A stretch of 63,920 bases of DNA, filler included, from Reticulomyxa filosa (GCA_000512085.1; 19 parts of 19 records of this genome joined end to end with filler, not necessarily neighbours in it); one strand, 5' to 3'. Positions 11,409 through 24,531 are shown, numbered from the whole stretch's first letter. Notes: generated from the letters alone by a model not told the origin. Program-made: numbers and translations.

Positions 11409-12827
11409 ATCAATGCTAGTGCCAATGCTGATGCCAATTCAAATGAAACGCCAACGCCAACTACGCCTGCACCAATGTCAACCTCACTTACCCCATCGTC
11501 GTTTTGTTATCCAAACTACCACTCTGTCCCTTCGTCTTTGGAAATGCCAATACCTTTGTCGCTGCCATCGTATCTACCCTATGGACCAACGCCGATGCCT
11601 TTGGCTTCACGACTTGGAAGTCAGTATCTGCATCCTTACCCTTTCTATCCCTATCCTTACCCTTGCTCTTGCTCGTGTCTCTATGCACATGCACACGCAC
11701 ACGCACATGCACATGCCCACGCCCCTGTCGTCTCTCAACCACCACTACCCTTGCGCAACGCGCCGTCTCCTGCGATGCACTTTTATCAGCTGCCTGCCGA
11801 CACCAGTGCAAGCAATGTCATATATTCTGGTGTGCGCAGTCCCACCAATGATTTGTATTCCTACGATGCAGCTGTGAATGCTGCTTTAACTCACAATATT
11901 GACGGCGACAAAAACAAACTCGAACAATACGAAGACATGTTCCCCCTTGTTTACGTTTTTTTTTTGTTTTTTTTTTTTTTTTTTTTACGTTATAATCTTT
12001 TTATTTATTTGTTTATTTTTATTTTATTTTATTTTTTTTTAGAAAAGTCCATTTCGTCACTCTTATGTAAATCCGAAAGATGAACAGTTGCTGCTTAAGG
12101 CTGACCCGTCTTTGTATGAACGATACTGTCGTATTAGAGATACACTATTCCGGCAATTTATCACTAATTCACAATCGGTGCGATTAATGGTATTTGAGAC
12201 AATGTTGAATATATATGTGTCAATTTTTTATTTTATTTCATTTTATTTTGGTTATTGAAAAACACGTATACTATCTCAAAAAATTAAAATTTTTTTTTTT
12301 TTTTTTTTTAAAAAAAGAAAATATCAAATCCTCGGATGCAACACTATATGTTGGAAATGGAAATGGAAGCGAAAATTCAAGAAAGGAAATATTTTAATTA
12401 TTACTTTAACATTGTCGTGAAAAAGACTCAGAGGACCACGGATGGAGTGGATGTATCGGACAATGGATGGAACATGTTGGAAAATAATGAGAACAGCAGC
12501 AACAACATCAACGGCGCACAGTCAGCAAACGATGATACCAACAGCGAGCATTTGACTCCGTTGAGCATCACAGAACCTGGTGATGTGCCAACCAACGCTA
12601 GTCCAAGTGCTCCCAAACGCAAAAAACACACGAAAAAACCTAAGTTTAGTGAATACGATGTTCGCGTGTTTACAGATTGGTACAACATGCACCCCGATAA
12701 CCCTTACCCAAGCAAGCGCGAAAAGCAGTTTATGGCGGACCTCACTAATTTGACCCGCTATCAAGTGTCACGTTGGTTTTGCAACGCTCGTATACGTAAA
12801 CCCGTTTCCTTGGTCAATCAAGCGTAA
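11409..12827 (+). CDS. TALE-class homeodomain transcription factor, 5' partial, multi-exon
   Basis: KKPKFSEYDVRVFTDWYNMHPDNPYPSKREKQFMADLTNLTRYQVSRWFCNARIRK has the PYP TALE loop and WFxNAR helix 3. N-terminal exon is Pro/His-rich. Confidence 0.92.
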
Positions 12828-13037
12828 TTAGTGTCCAAAAAANNNNNNNNNNNNNNNNNNNNNNNNNNNNNNNNNNNNNNNNNNNNTTAATTAATTAANN
12901 NNNNNNNNNNNNNNNNNNNNNNNNNNNNNNNNNNNNNNNNNNAAACAAATAGAAAGGGAGGAGAGTCTTACCTTGCAATTTGGACTTCATCTTCCTCAGT
13001 CAATCAAAACTTTTTTTTTTCAAAAAAAAAAAAAAAG

Positions 13038-13920
13038 GAAAAGTCTGGATTGGAGGAGCTGAAAACTACAACTGGTAGCATTGATAATGACTCGCCCATG
13101 GCGGAACAAAAAGAGGGAGGGATGGACACAACCAGAGCCGAGCCGGAGATATCGGGGAGCAGTGAGTGGCACAAAGAGTACAAACGACGTCGAATAAACC
13201 GACCAGAGCTGTACAAAGCCCCGAATTCGGCATTGTTCCGCTTTTTGCAAGAGCTGATATCCCGCGTGAAATTCCTGCCCGACATGAGTCGCATAACCAT
13301 TTATCGCAATTTGCTTGAAAACGATTTATTGGACTGTTTATCTGCTTGCATTCAAAGCAGACAGGTCCTCCCTACCAACGAGTATTCGCACATTTGGCTG
13401 GTCGTCGTTGAAACGCTGTACCATTTGGTGTCGACACCCATCAATCTGGCCGAAGATATCAGAGCACACATAAGCAAGCACGTGCGTCTCAAGTCTCCAA
13501 GCCTGTTGGATCAACTGTGTCGTGGTCTGTCTGCAAAGGCTCAAGTTTTGATACCATTACATACACATAATATATATATATGTATATATATTATGTATAT
13601 GTATTTTATGTGTATGCATTTGTTGTTATATCAATTCGGATTATCATTTATCCTATGTGACGAAAAAGATGGACAGTGGCTTGCTGGATCAAATGCAATA
13701 TGTGTTGCGATTGATAATGGGCATGTCACATCCACTGTTGATGGTCGAAAGACTGCACTCGCCGACATTAAACCAACGCAAAGTCATCGAATATTTTTTC
13801 AACAAATGCTTGCAATGTCTGATCCGACCATTGCGAAGACGCAATCGTTACAAATCCCGTCGTCGATTTTCGCTGTTGTATAATGCGAGCGATAACAATG
13901 GCCCTTCCACGCCTGGCAAC

Positions 13921-13952
<32 letters not shown>

Positions 13953-14864
13953 GACGCCATCGAATAAAAATAGCATTTGGAACTCACCCTCGCATCATAG
14001 CGCAAGCGGTTATACCACAGACGATCAAATGAGCATTCGTTCGTGTTCGACGAACATGTCATTCTCGTTGCACCACGCTGAGGACGCGAGCGACCCGTCA
14101 GGACAGCCACAGAACGTGGCCAATGCCCAGCACCTGGCGGAGTACATGCAGTCGTTGGAGTGTCTGCGACTGCAGCAAAAGTACGTCGTGCAGATTTTGA
14201 TCCAATGTATCGAATACCACCGCGATCTGATGAAGCGTTTCGAAGAGCGTTTCCACGTGATGAAGTTGGTCCACGGCTTGGTGGACTTGCCGACGTTGCA
14301 AAACGACATGTACCAGAACTTTCCAAACGTGCGAATGCAGTTTTGAAATCAAAACAAACGGAATATTTTAAGTAAAAAAAAAAAAAAAAAAAAAAAATTT
14401 TGGAGTTTAAGGAATGAATGAAACATATTGTTGCAAATTTGTTACTATTTGCAAATGTGATGGGATTTTTATACATATACAGTGAAAGAGTGCTGGCAAT
14501 GGACTGCATTCGATTTTTACGAGATTGTTTATGCAATGACAATTTTTGGAACCGACGGTTTATTGAGGAAGAGCTGTTTGATAATGTCATCCGCGTGTTC
14601 GAACACAACGGCTTGCAATCCAGCAATCTGCTCAATTCCACCATCTTGTCGCTGTTCGAACGGATCAACGAGTTCAACATCTCACAGCTGATCCAATATC
14701 TGGGCCAATTGCAGATTGAAGACGACGCCAATGCACACGTGCAAGGTCTGTTGCAAGACACTGCCATTGCGATTGCCAAAGGCAAGACGAAAAAGATAAA
14801 GACAAAGACAAAGAAGAAAGAAAGTACGAAGAGAAAGCGAATGTGTTCTCCTCCTCCTCCTCCT
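13038..14864 (+). CDS. PPP4R3: Ser/Thr phosphatase 4 regulatory subunit 3 (SMK-1/Psy2/PP4R3), internal multi-exon fragment
   Basis: LAMDCIRFLRDCLCNDNFWNRRFIEEELFDNVIRVFEHNG..NLLNSTILSLFERI matches the conserved PP4R3 block (LALCALRF..DEFYNRYI..LFEPV..NLLNSAVIELFEFI). FLQELISRVKFLP..R..IYRNL matches the upstream block. Confidence 0.82.
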
Positions 14865-14990
14865 NNNNNNNNNNNNNNNNNNNNNNNNNNNNNNNNNNNN
14901 NNNNNNNNTTAATTAATTAANNNNNNNNNNNNNNNNNNNNNNNNNNNNNNNNNNNNNNNNNNNNTAATAATAATAATAATGTAATTATAG

Positions 14991-15744
14991 CATATAATAA
15001 TGTATCCCGACTCGTGGCATTTACTATTTGACGAGCCACGAAGCAAAAAGTTAATATACAATGACATTGACCAGTGGATACAATCAATCATTGGAAAGGT
15101 AAATACAGAGCCGAAAGAAGAAAAAAAGAACAGAAAGACGAAACGTATGAAAAAGAAGTGAAAGTTGTGGTCGTGTGTGGACCTTCTGGGGTCGGAAAAG
15201 GGACATTGTTGAAAAATTTGAAGGAAAGATTTCCAAATGATATCCGCTCCACTATCTCACACACAACGAGACAACCTCGCACAGGAGAGGTGAACGGCAA
15301 AGAGTACCATTTCATATCCAAAGAAAAATTTGAAAATATGCTCAACGCCAACGAATTCCTTGAACACGCACAAGTTCATGGCGAATATTACGGAACTTCG
15401 AACCTTAGCTTGTTCACAATTGCCTCGAACGACCAAATTGCTTTACTCGAAATCGATGTACATGGTGCTCAGCAATTTAAAAAAAAAAACTGACACAAAA
15501 TGCAAAGTATGTGTTCATCACCATGTCGGGTGGAATCGAAAAACTAAAAGACAGACTCAAAGGCCGTGGCACTGAAACTAACGAGCAAGTGCAAAGGCGA
15601 ATGAAAACAGCGGAGAAAGAATTGACTTTCTTTCAAGAAAATCCTACCTTTTTTGATAAGGTCATCATTAATGACGATTTTGAAAAGAGCTCTCAAGAAT
15701 TTGTCGAGACATTTACAACCTGGTTTCCAACTTTGAAATCATAA
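14991..15744 (+). CDS. Guanylate kinase preceded by a putative alpha/beta-hydrolase C-terminus; homopolymer frameshifts at about 15121 and 15480
   Basis: VVVCGPSGVGKGT (P-loop), SHTTRQPRTGEVNGKEYHF, EHAQVHGEYYGT, LLEIDVHGA, RLKGRGTET, IINDDFE. Confidence 0.92.
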
Positions 15745-16962
15745 TCACAAAAGTAACACACATTCTGAAATAATATAAATTGAGCAAAAAAATGTATCTA
15801 ATGAACCAATTTCAACTTGGTGATTGTACATCTGCTTTTTTCTTTTTTTGCTTTGATGAACGATCGTTAAAAATTTTCATTGAATATAAAAATCTGAGTT
15901 TCTAACAAGTTTTGCTTTGCTCACTATTTTTGAGACACCAATAAATAGATCATGTTTAAAAACCTGAAAATTGTAGAAATTCTTATCTAATTTTACGAGT
16001 CTTTCAAATAGCTTCGAATGTGTAGCTTTTGAATCTCAACTTGTAAAAAATTTATAAGAAAAATTTAGTTTGGACAATATTTTACAAAAGTCAATTTTGG
16101 TTAAAGATTTCTTGAATTGTTGCGAAGTTTAAAAGCTCGATTTCGAAATTTAAACAAGTCAGTTTAACTAGTAAAAAAAAAATATTAAAAATTTGAATAC
16201 AAATCTGTACGCAAAAGCGCGTTAAACAAAAAATTGCACAATTTGACAATTTCCATTTTCTTTCAAATTGCAATGCTTCAGCTTCTTTTTGTATCTAAGA
16301 CAACAAACAAGAAAATTTACAATTTGTTTTACAAAACAAAGAAAAATGTATGTTATACTCGGCACCTTGAATTGTTGTAAAAAAACAAGTAAGGTTTCCT
16401 TAGTGATAACATTTACTTTTTGTTGGTTTATTATTGGGGTTGCTCGAACAAATTTGTTTTTTGTTCGTCAACTTTGGCTTGAGTCCAACATTATTTTTTT
16501 TTAACGCAAAATCGACTAAACTTTTTTGCACATCTCGTTATTTCCAAATTTGCTTTGCAATTTGAATAACAGCTAACGAGAGCTGAAATAAAATCATGAT
16601 GAATCAAATAAAAAAGTGTAAAAAAAGTAAACAAAACGAACAACAAACAAAAAACATTCAGTCTTTCCCTTTGTACTTTTTTTTTGTGGAAACAATTTGG
16701 ATATACTTTTAAGAAAGTAAGAATCCGTTGTTGAATGATAAAAAAATTTGAACAAATTGCATTTGAGAATATCAAATAAATGAGTAATTTATTTTATTGA
16801 AACGGAGTTGTGCATTTAGTAACGTGCCACGACGCGATAATCTGTGCCTCTCTAAAGAACAAGATACTTTTACATTTAATTCTATTCGGGTGCAGAATAA
16901 CTTTTTGCAGGCAGTTTTTTTTTTTTAAGAAACAAAAAAAGTGTTTTAAGAAAGATAAGCAG

Positions 16963-17694
16963 ATGGTGACAATTCTAGACCGATATTTAAGAGACTGGAT
17001 AGGAATTGTAATCCAGATGCTATTGTTTGTATTTGTAGTAATAGTATGGTGTACGTTGTTGTACGAGTTGAAGCAAGACAAAGAGAAACGAGCAGAGGAA
17101 GAGCGCAAGGCAGGTAGTTCGATTAAACATGGTTCAAGTTTTCGACAGATACAAAAGAAGTGGTTAGGATGTGTGAATGTGGTACAAATGGTAGTGATCA
17201 ACGCATTTTTGTTTGTAATGAAAGAAACAATTGCAACAATTGAATGGACATATTGGATGGTGAAAAACACAAACGACCGATTGGACAAAAAGATTATATT
17301 TGTAATGGACCTTTGTTTTGCATTGTCGCTATTTCTGATGCAAGTGTTATTTGTAGAGAGACTCTGTGCGAGTTTACACAATTGTATGTACAATTACTCC
17401 ACTTATGTATACGTGTGGCTACGTATCATGACCATCCCGATTTTACTCTTTGGAATTTTGACTGCATTTTCGGACGCAAACAAACACTGGAAGCTTTTAA
17501 GTTGGAGTTTGGCACTCCTTTGTGCAGCTATGTCCATCAACACCATATCCGTCATCTTCCTCATGTATCGATCCTTGTCCAAACTCATGCACGAGTATAC
17601 CGTTGCTTATTCAAAGACCTTGGACGTCTTGATCCGTTTAACCATCGTTTCTTTGATCGCACTAGGTACTTTACATTTAATACACCAAATGTAA
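16963..17694 (+). CDS. Orphan 7TM-like membrane protein, 3' partial
   Basis: About 6 hydrophobic helices from the ATG at 16963. Layout resembles 5806-6500. Confidence 0.6.
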   Translation: MVTILDRYLRDWIGIVIQMLLFVFVVIVWCTLLYELKQDKEKRAEEERKAGSSIKHGSSFRQIQKKWLGCVNVVQMVVINAFLFVMKETIATIEWTYWMVKNTNDRLDKKIIFVMDLCFALSLFLMQVLFVERLCASLHNCMYNYSTYVYVWLRIMTIPILLFGILTAFSDANKHWKLLSWSLALLCAAMSINTISVIFLMYRSLSKLMHEYTVAYSKTLDVLIRLTIVSLIALGTLHLIHQM

Positions 17695-17695
17695 C

Positions 17696-17730
<35 letters not shown>

Positions 17731-17944
17731 NNNNNNNNNNNNNNNNNNNNNNNNNNNNNNNNNNNNNNNNNNNNTTAATTAATTAANNNNNNNNNNNNNN
17801 NNNNNNNNNNNNNNNNNNNNNNNNNNNNNNTTTTTTTTTTTTTTTTTTTTAATTAAAAAAAAAAAAAAAAAAACTTTAAACTTAAAAAAAAAAAAAAAAA
17901 TGTAAAACAAAGTTCAAACCAGTCATCAAAGCCTCAAACCATAT

Positions 17945-17989
17945 TTGAAATCAGAAGGAAAATCTGTCGACAGTGATGATGACGATGAT

Positions 17990-18020
<31 letters not shown>

Positions 18021-18838
18021 ATGACAATGAACAAATCAAAGAAAAGACAAATCCAAGGCGGAATAACAATGCAATGGATGTAGATGAAGACGAATTGACA
18101 GCGAAATATCTGGATTCCAATGGACAGGGAACAGGGACAGGAACAATGACAGCAACTGCCAATGACGACAATAGTGCAAAACAACAAAGCAAGGACAATG
18201 CCAAAAAAACAGATATTGAAAAGTGGAATTTAAAAATTCGACAAATTTTCAAAGACGTGCTCACTTCAGTGCTATGGATGCATTCGAAACGAGTTTGTCA
18301 TTTGGACATTAGCTTAGAAAATACTTTGATTACCAAAGATGGTGTTATCAAAATCATCGACTTTGGCTTAGCTCAATTCTTTCCTTTGAAAAAATCCATA
18401 ACAACAAAACCGGAATTGACGGATCTATCTGGTCATGACAACACTTGGGATGCCAAACAACAAGATTCTCTTGATTCTCAATCCGACAGTGATTTTATCT
18501 TTAATAAAAAATGTGGGAAAACGAGATGCATGGCCCCGGAAGTTTATCGCAATAAATCCTACGATGCTCGAAAAGCAGACACTTGGAGTGTTGGAGTGAT
18601 GTTGTTTATGATGCTTTTGGGAATTCCACCTTGGGCTGCTCCACATGAAAGTGAAATGATATTTCGTATGATTTCCGTCGGAAGACTACGAGACGTTATC
18701 ATTTTCAACAAAAAAAGGAAATTGGTTTCCAATGAGGCCTTAGATTTGCTCATTCGTTTTTTCAAATGTGAAGAAGAGAGAATTTTGTTACAGAATGTGA
18801 TGTCGCATCCTTTTGTGACTAATATACCCTTTGGTTGA
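17945..18838 (+). CDS. Ser/Thr protein kinase (CAMK-like, HLDISLEN type), C-lobe, 5' partial
   Basis: HLDISLEN, KIIDFGLA, GKTRCMAPE, DTWSVGVMLF, R..L..V..HPF. A poly-Asp insert lies upstream. Confidence 0.93.
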
Positions 18839-19142
18839 TATTATTTTTCCTTTTTTTTTTTTTGTAGGAAGCTTTAACTTTTTGATATGAACAAAAGCAA
18901 AAAAAAAAAAGAATAATAGCAATAAAAGTAAGCATAATAATTTCCCATTACTTTAAAAAGAATTGCATCAGCTGCGAAAATTGGCGACTTTTTTTAAGGG
19001 CAAGGGGGTGGGAGAGGAAAATGAGGGGAGAAAAAAAACTAGTTCCATAATGTCACATAACGGCTCTCAAAAGTTAAGTTAGGCGAATTTTGAAGCAAAT
19101 AGAGCACCGAAAGTAAGCTATTTTGTTTCATGTATATTTTGT

Positions 19143-20380
19143 TTGGTAACCACTAGCTCTGTCAGCAAAGTAGCAAGTTTATTTCAGCGAGTGAAAACGG
19201 ACAACCCAGTGAAAAAAAAGCAGGCAATAAATTCACTAATAGCAAAATTGAGATCATGCAAACAAAGTAACAAAGACGAGAGCGGTTCAAAGCAAAAAAT
19301 GCTGCAGCAGAGGATATTGGAGCATTTATTAATCGGGCTCTGTCGCCCGAGCACAAAGAGAGGATTTCTTTCAGCAATGCATTTTCGCAAGTGTTAACCC
19401 ATTGTCCATGGATCACAACCGACGAGGTTGCCACTTTTGTAGAAAACTTTTGCAGCAAAAGACGTTCCAAGCAGGCTCAAGTTAGCAACCAAATAAAAGA
19501 TTTGCCCCTCCCCCCCCCCCCCCTTTCGTCTTTGCAGGCCGCGCGTTTTCGCACGATAGTTTTTTAAAAAAAAAAAAAATAAAACATACATATACATATA
19601 TATATGTATATGTATAAATAGATGACGCAATTACAAGCAATTCAAATGGAAAGATCATTGTTAGTACTCCACAATTTGATGCTATTGATATTTATTCGAA
19701 CAGACCGCCTGTTCGATTTGGATCACGACACGCTGTTGGCAAAGCTGAAAGAAATAAGCGAGCATGAGAGCGCTCGTGAGGTAACAGATATGTCGATTCA
19801 AGTCGTGTTAACGATGATGGACTTGTTCGATGACAAGAATGACCGGGACGCTGGAAAAAAAGGCAAATGGCCGAAGCAATGGAAGGCAAAAGATTTATCC
19901 AAGTCACACGAAACTGTTTGGAAGTGCGCACTGCACTTATTGGGCATCTCTGTCCCTTCGTTGAAAGTGCTGTCGCCCACACAGATACGACTGCTACTGC
20001 GTTGGTACTTGAATCGACCACGCACAATCGATTTACCAAAACCTTTGATTTTGGCTGGTCACACACAGCAGATAGATGTAGTGTTCCAGCTCTTGCAAGT
20101 TTGTTTGTTTGTTTGTTTGTTTGTTTGTTTGTTTGTTGTTTTGTCGTTAATGTAATAGCTTTCATCATTTCAAATAATATGTTTGAAAGGGGTATCTGCG
20201 TCGGTATGTGGATGATCAAACATTTCGTGGAGTTATTGGCAATGTCATCACCGATTCGAAAATGTGGTTGTCTTTTCTGCACTTGTATTGTTCCCCCATT
20301 CATGAAAGAAGTTCCAAGTTTGAACAATGTGCAAAAGAAATATTCAGTTTTATATATTACGTGTATATTATATATATGCT

Positions 20381-20411
<31 letters not shown>

Positions 20412-21112
20412 TGTATATTTTATACATGTGGGTATAAACAAAAAGTGGGGAAAAAAAAAAAAAATTGATAACAGAAATCGTCAAAGACAAAATGACCAGT
20501 GTGGAGTTTATATCGGTGATGATAGTACTGATCGAGTTATTTCTGTCCTTTGCAATGGACAACGACATTGACTCAGAACATGTGATTGATCACATCCTCG
20601 GGGGCTCGATTCTTTCATTTCTTGTCAAAACAGCTTCGCGATACAATGCCCTTGTCGTCGCTTCACGAAAGCCCGCATATTGGCCACAAATCCAAGCTTC
20701 TCATCATTTGGTGAGGCTTTATTCTTTGTTACATACATATACACATATGTGTATATATTATATTTATGTGTGTATGTTTGATTGTTGCATATCATAACAA
20801 TAATAACAACAATATCAATCACAATACACATTTAAAAAAACAAAGGTAAAAAAGTTGGACTCATTGTGTGGTCATAAGCGGTATGGAACGAAGCTGTTGT
20901 CAGTGCTACACACGTCATATTCAAAAGTGTCGAAAGTGACGAACAAAGACGGGGCGAATGCATTTGAGAATATGACGAATGAAATGAAATTGGAAAAAGT
21001 AAAAGCAATTGAAATTTCGTTTTGGGAAGCCAATCGAACCATTTCTTCGAATAAAAGCTTAAACAAAACGTGTGTGTCTCCCCACTGCGCATAAGATTTG
21101 TTTGTTGTCCAT

Positions 21113-21147
<35 letters not shown>

Positions 21148-22062
21148 TGTATAATTTTTTTTTTAGTATGTTTTTATTTTTTGAGTTGTCCAAACAAGTG
21201 TAAAAAACTTATAATCCATTGAAAATATCAACGAATAGATTGCAACAACACTACATGAAAGAAATGTTACGAGGGATAAAACAAATGGGTGAGCTGCTGC
21301 AACACCACATCCACAAGATAAGCAAGTGTCATCAGGAGTGGATGGAAGTATCAGAAGATACGACAAAGACGCAAGAGTTTGAACTAAAATGGGAAAAAGA
21401 CAAAAACTGGATGAAACGAGCCTTTGACTTTTTTATAAGAATAATACTGTTGGAACACGAAGACGACGTGTTCAATGACTTGAAATTTGACTCGGTTCTC
21501 CAAAAAGCGAATCGCATGTTACGAATCGTTGTGCACATGTACTGGTGTACATTACACCGATGTCGCCTTCCAACATTGAAACGGTACATTGTTCAGCAAT
21601 GTCTCGATGGTCCGTCGCTACGCCAACATTTGACTCAAACAACTACTGGTCTTTTCAAATTTCGATTCGATAGGACGCCGTCTTCGCTGGTGTTTGTTTT
21701 TATTATTTATTATTTATTATTATTATTTTTATTATTATTATTATTATTATATTGTAACGCTAATAACTTTTTCATTGCCCAAATCAAACAATGGTTTGTA
21801 CTTTGTTTTGCTTTGTACTACACAGTTAGCCGACACTGTCAAACAATTGGTTTGTGATATCACCAATTGCAAGTGGCTGACTGAACTATGCGACGATGGA
21901 ACAACTGTTTTGGTTGACTTTGTCCACTTCATTCAATTTCACGAGTATCTTTTTCCATTGCCATTCATTCAAACTTTCCTTCAGATTATTCGATCTTTGC
22001 TTGAACAATTTCAAGTTAGGTTGTGTACGTATTTTATTTTATTTTTTTGCAAGTTACGTATA

Positions 22063-22099
<37 letters not shown>

Positions 22100-22100
22100 C
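19143..22100 (+). CDS. Large multi-exon helical protein, possibly Pol5/MYBBP1A (DNA_pol_phi family)
   Basis: At least 6 exon-like blocks separated by microsatellite introns. ILEHLLIGLCRPSTKRGFLSAM and MERSLL..HNL.LL..IRTDRL recall the Pol5/MYBBP1A N-terminal motifs (RLIRGL..AR.GF..AL; EERD.LFG.LF...AL..SGRL). Family call is tentative. Confidence 0.45.
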
Positions 22101-22437
22101 NNNNNNNNNNNNNNNNNNNNNNNNNNNNNNNNNNNNNNNNNNNNTTAATTAATTAANNNNNNNNNNNNNNNNNNNNNNNNNNNNNNNNNNNNNNNNNNNN
22201 AATATTTCTGGAGAAATCGAGTTCCAACATATAAAAAACGAAACATATTCTTTCAAATTTGTAGAAAGATTTAATTTACTAATTTATAACTGTCACAATT
22301 ATAAAAACTTTTTTTATCCAGCCAAAAGTTTATACTGGATAGGGACATTGTAAACATTTCCTTTTTTTAAAAGGTGCAGAAACGTTCTATTTGAAATAAT
22401 GCAGATTTATAATCATTTTTTTATGATATTCTTCCAG

Positions 22438-23050
22438 ATGATCATTGGTTTTGCATTATGGAACTATACAAAGCAGTTTGTGAATGGTTGGGGGGATTAA
22501 CAAGCACAAGCACTGGCACGGAGCGAGTAAGACGAACTTTTTATGAGACCCCTAATTATCTTGTGTCGCTTTATCTTCGATCAGAAACGATGACGTCGTA
22601 TGATGAAATAAACGACAATACATTGCGTGCTAGTATCAGCTTGTTAGTACATTTACACTGTTTGACCCAGCCAGAATTACTGCCACTGCCGTTGCACAAG
22701 CATTGGTAATCCTATTTCCCAAATACATGTACAAGTCAACGATTCGAAGAAACAACGCGATTTTGGTGGAATTGCACGACCAGCTTTGCAAGACCCACAA
22801 GCCAACGAGGTTGTTGGATGTATTCCACATCAATGAATTGGTAATTTCATTTTGTGAAGTGCTGAACAAACTTCGCAAGGCCAAGCCTTGTATAAATTGA
22901 GTGCATAAGAACACAATCAATTTAAATGAAAAGAGCAATTTGTGGCGCTTTGTAAAGAGGAGAATTGAGGAACAGAAACTATCACAGTCCAGATTGGAAC
23001 TATCAATACAATAAAGACATAGACAGTGCCCAAATGGAAGAATTGATAAG
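22438..23050 (+). pseudogene. Exon-like fragment of an unknown gene with frameshift and stops
   Basis: Coding-like ORFs 22458-22709 and 22703-22900 lie between an AG at about 22437 and a GT at about 23052. Confidence 0.35.
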
Positions 23051-23614
23051 GTAATACTGTACCAGATGTGTTTTTGTTTTTTTTACTTTGTTTCTTTACG
23101 TATTTTCACAACAACAAAATATCACTCAATTCATTAGTTCAATTAAAGTCATTCTTGCAATTTCCATTGCACCAAATGACAGTGCCGTCACTTACCAAAT
23201 TCCTGCAATCCATCGCATGCAATATGTATATCGAACGCAAAGACACTATTCCAAAGACATGATACAGGATGCAAAAGGCATAGAGAAATTTTTTTTGATC
23301 CAAGAGTTGAAGATTATTGATCCATTCATTGTTAAATCAAATTCGAATTGCAGATTAGTTTAGGCAATACATTTTCTTTTCTTTTTACTATTGGCAACAA
23401 CAATGATAATGACTAATACACGTATATGTTANNNNNNNNNNNNNNNNNNNNNNNNNNNNNNNNNNNNNNNNNNNNTTAATTAATTAANNNNNNNNNNNNN
23501 NNNNNNNNNNNNNNNNNNNNNNNNNNNNNNNTCTTTGTTCGTGTATACATACATATAATACATATATGCATATATGTATACATAACTTTACATATAATAA
23601 AAAAAAAAAAAAGT

Positions 23615-24531
23615 GTGAGTAAAGAATCAGTACTGTCCCCAGTGGTTGCACAGCGATTGCGTGTGGTGCATAAAATGTCGACACATTCGGCTTCGGACAT
23701 CACCGTGTCCGAGCCCGAGGACGAAGACCAATCGAAGGCGAGTGGCAATGGCAAGGAAGCAAAGGGGCAGCAGTCGCGGACGATCTTTGTGGGGGACAAA
23801 GATAAGGACAAGGACAAAGACAAGAACAAGAATAAGAACAAGAACAAGGATAAGGACAAGGACAAGGCGAGCAAGCGCAATACGAGCCCGCAGACGGTGT
23901 TGCGAAAAAAAACCACGGAGCGACAAAATGCGAGTGGCGACTCTTCCTCCCCTTCGAGCATATCTATATCGGCAGTCTCCGCGTTGCCTTCTTCTCGTCA
24001 TCGCAACAGCACTGGCTCCACCTCAATTAAGAAAGCCGACAATAGCGCCATGTTTCGAAAGCACAAAGGGTCAGACAACAGCAGCAGTAATAATAACAGT
24101 AATAATGATAGCAATAGTAATAATAACAGTAATAATGATAGCAATAGTAACAATGACAAAGGACAAATTGTGCATGACTCGTCCAACGGCACAGCCCAAA
24201 AGAGTGGACGAAACAGTCGAAATAGCTTGGGCAAGTCTGGCGAAGGGCTGAAACTGACGTTCACGTATCCAAAGGCTCATGGACATATTTTCAATGTGGA
24301 TGGAAAAAAAGGCGAGATTCGATTTGAATACAATCTAAACAATCCCGAGCTGTTTGCTCGAAGGGCTTTGATCGACATTGTGCATGTTACGAATAATAAG
24401 AAAGAGCAAGGATCTTCCGTTGGCGCTGGCACGCCCAAGACAGAACGATTGCTCAGCGGAATACAACTTAACAACATCTATCAGTGCCATATCAAAATTC
24501 ACGTTGACAAGTTCATGCGACTAGATAAAAA
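23615..24531 (+). CDS. Hypothetical low-complexity protein exon (DK/NK and N/S repeats), partial
   Basis: About 300 aa open frame after an A-rich AG acceptor, with a possible globular C-terminal part. Confidence 0.6.

Noticed and set aside
13799-14785. 328-aa antisense ORF, and similar ones at 27652-28341, 29842-30471 and 19692-20327
   Set aside because: Shadow ORFs opposite real coding exons or repeats, with no motifs.
15479-15489. Poly-A frameshifts in guanylate kinase and formin as programmed slippage
   Set aside because: They fall in long homopolymers across many unrelated genes, as expected for sequencing error.
21111-21150. (TACATA)n, (TA)n, (TAA)n and (GTTT)n tracts as telomeric or functional repeats
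   Set aside because: Ordinary intronic microsatellites found throughout the window.
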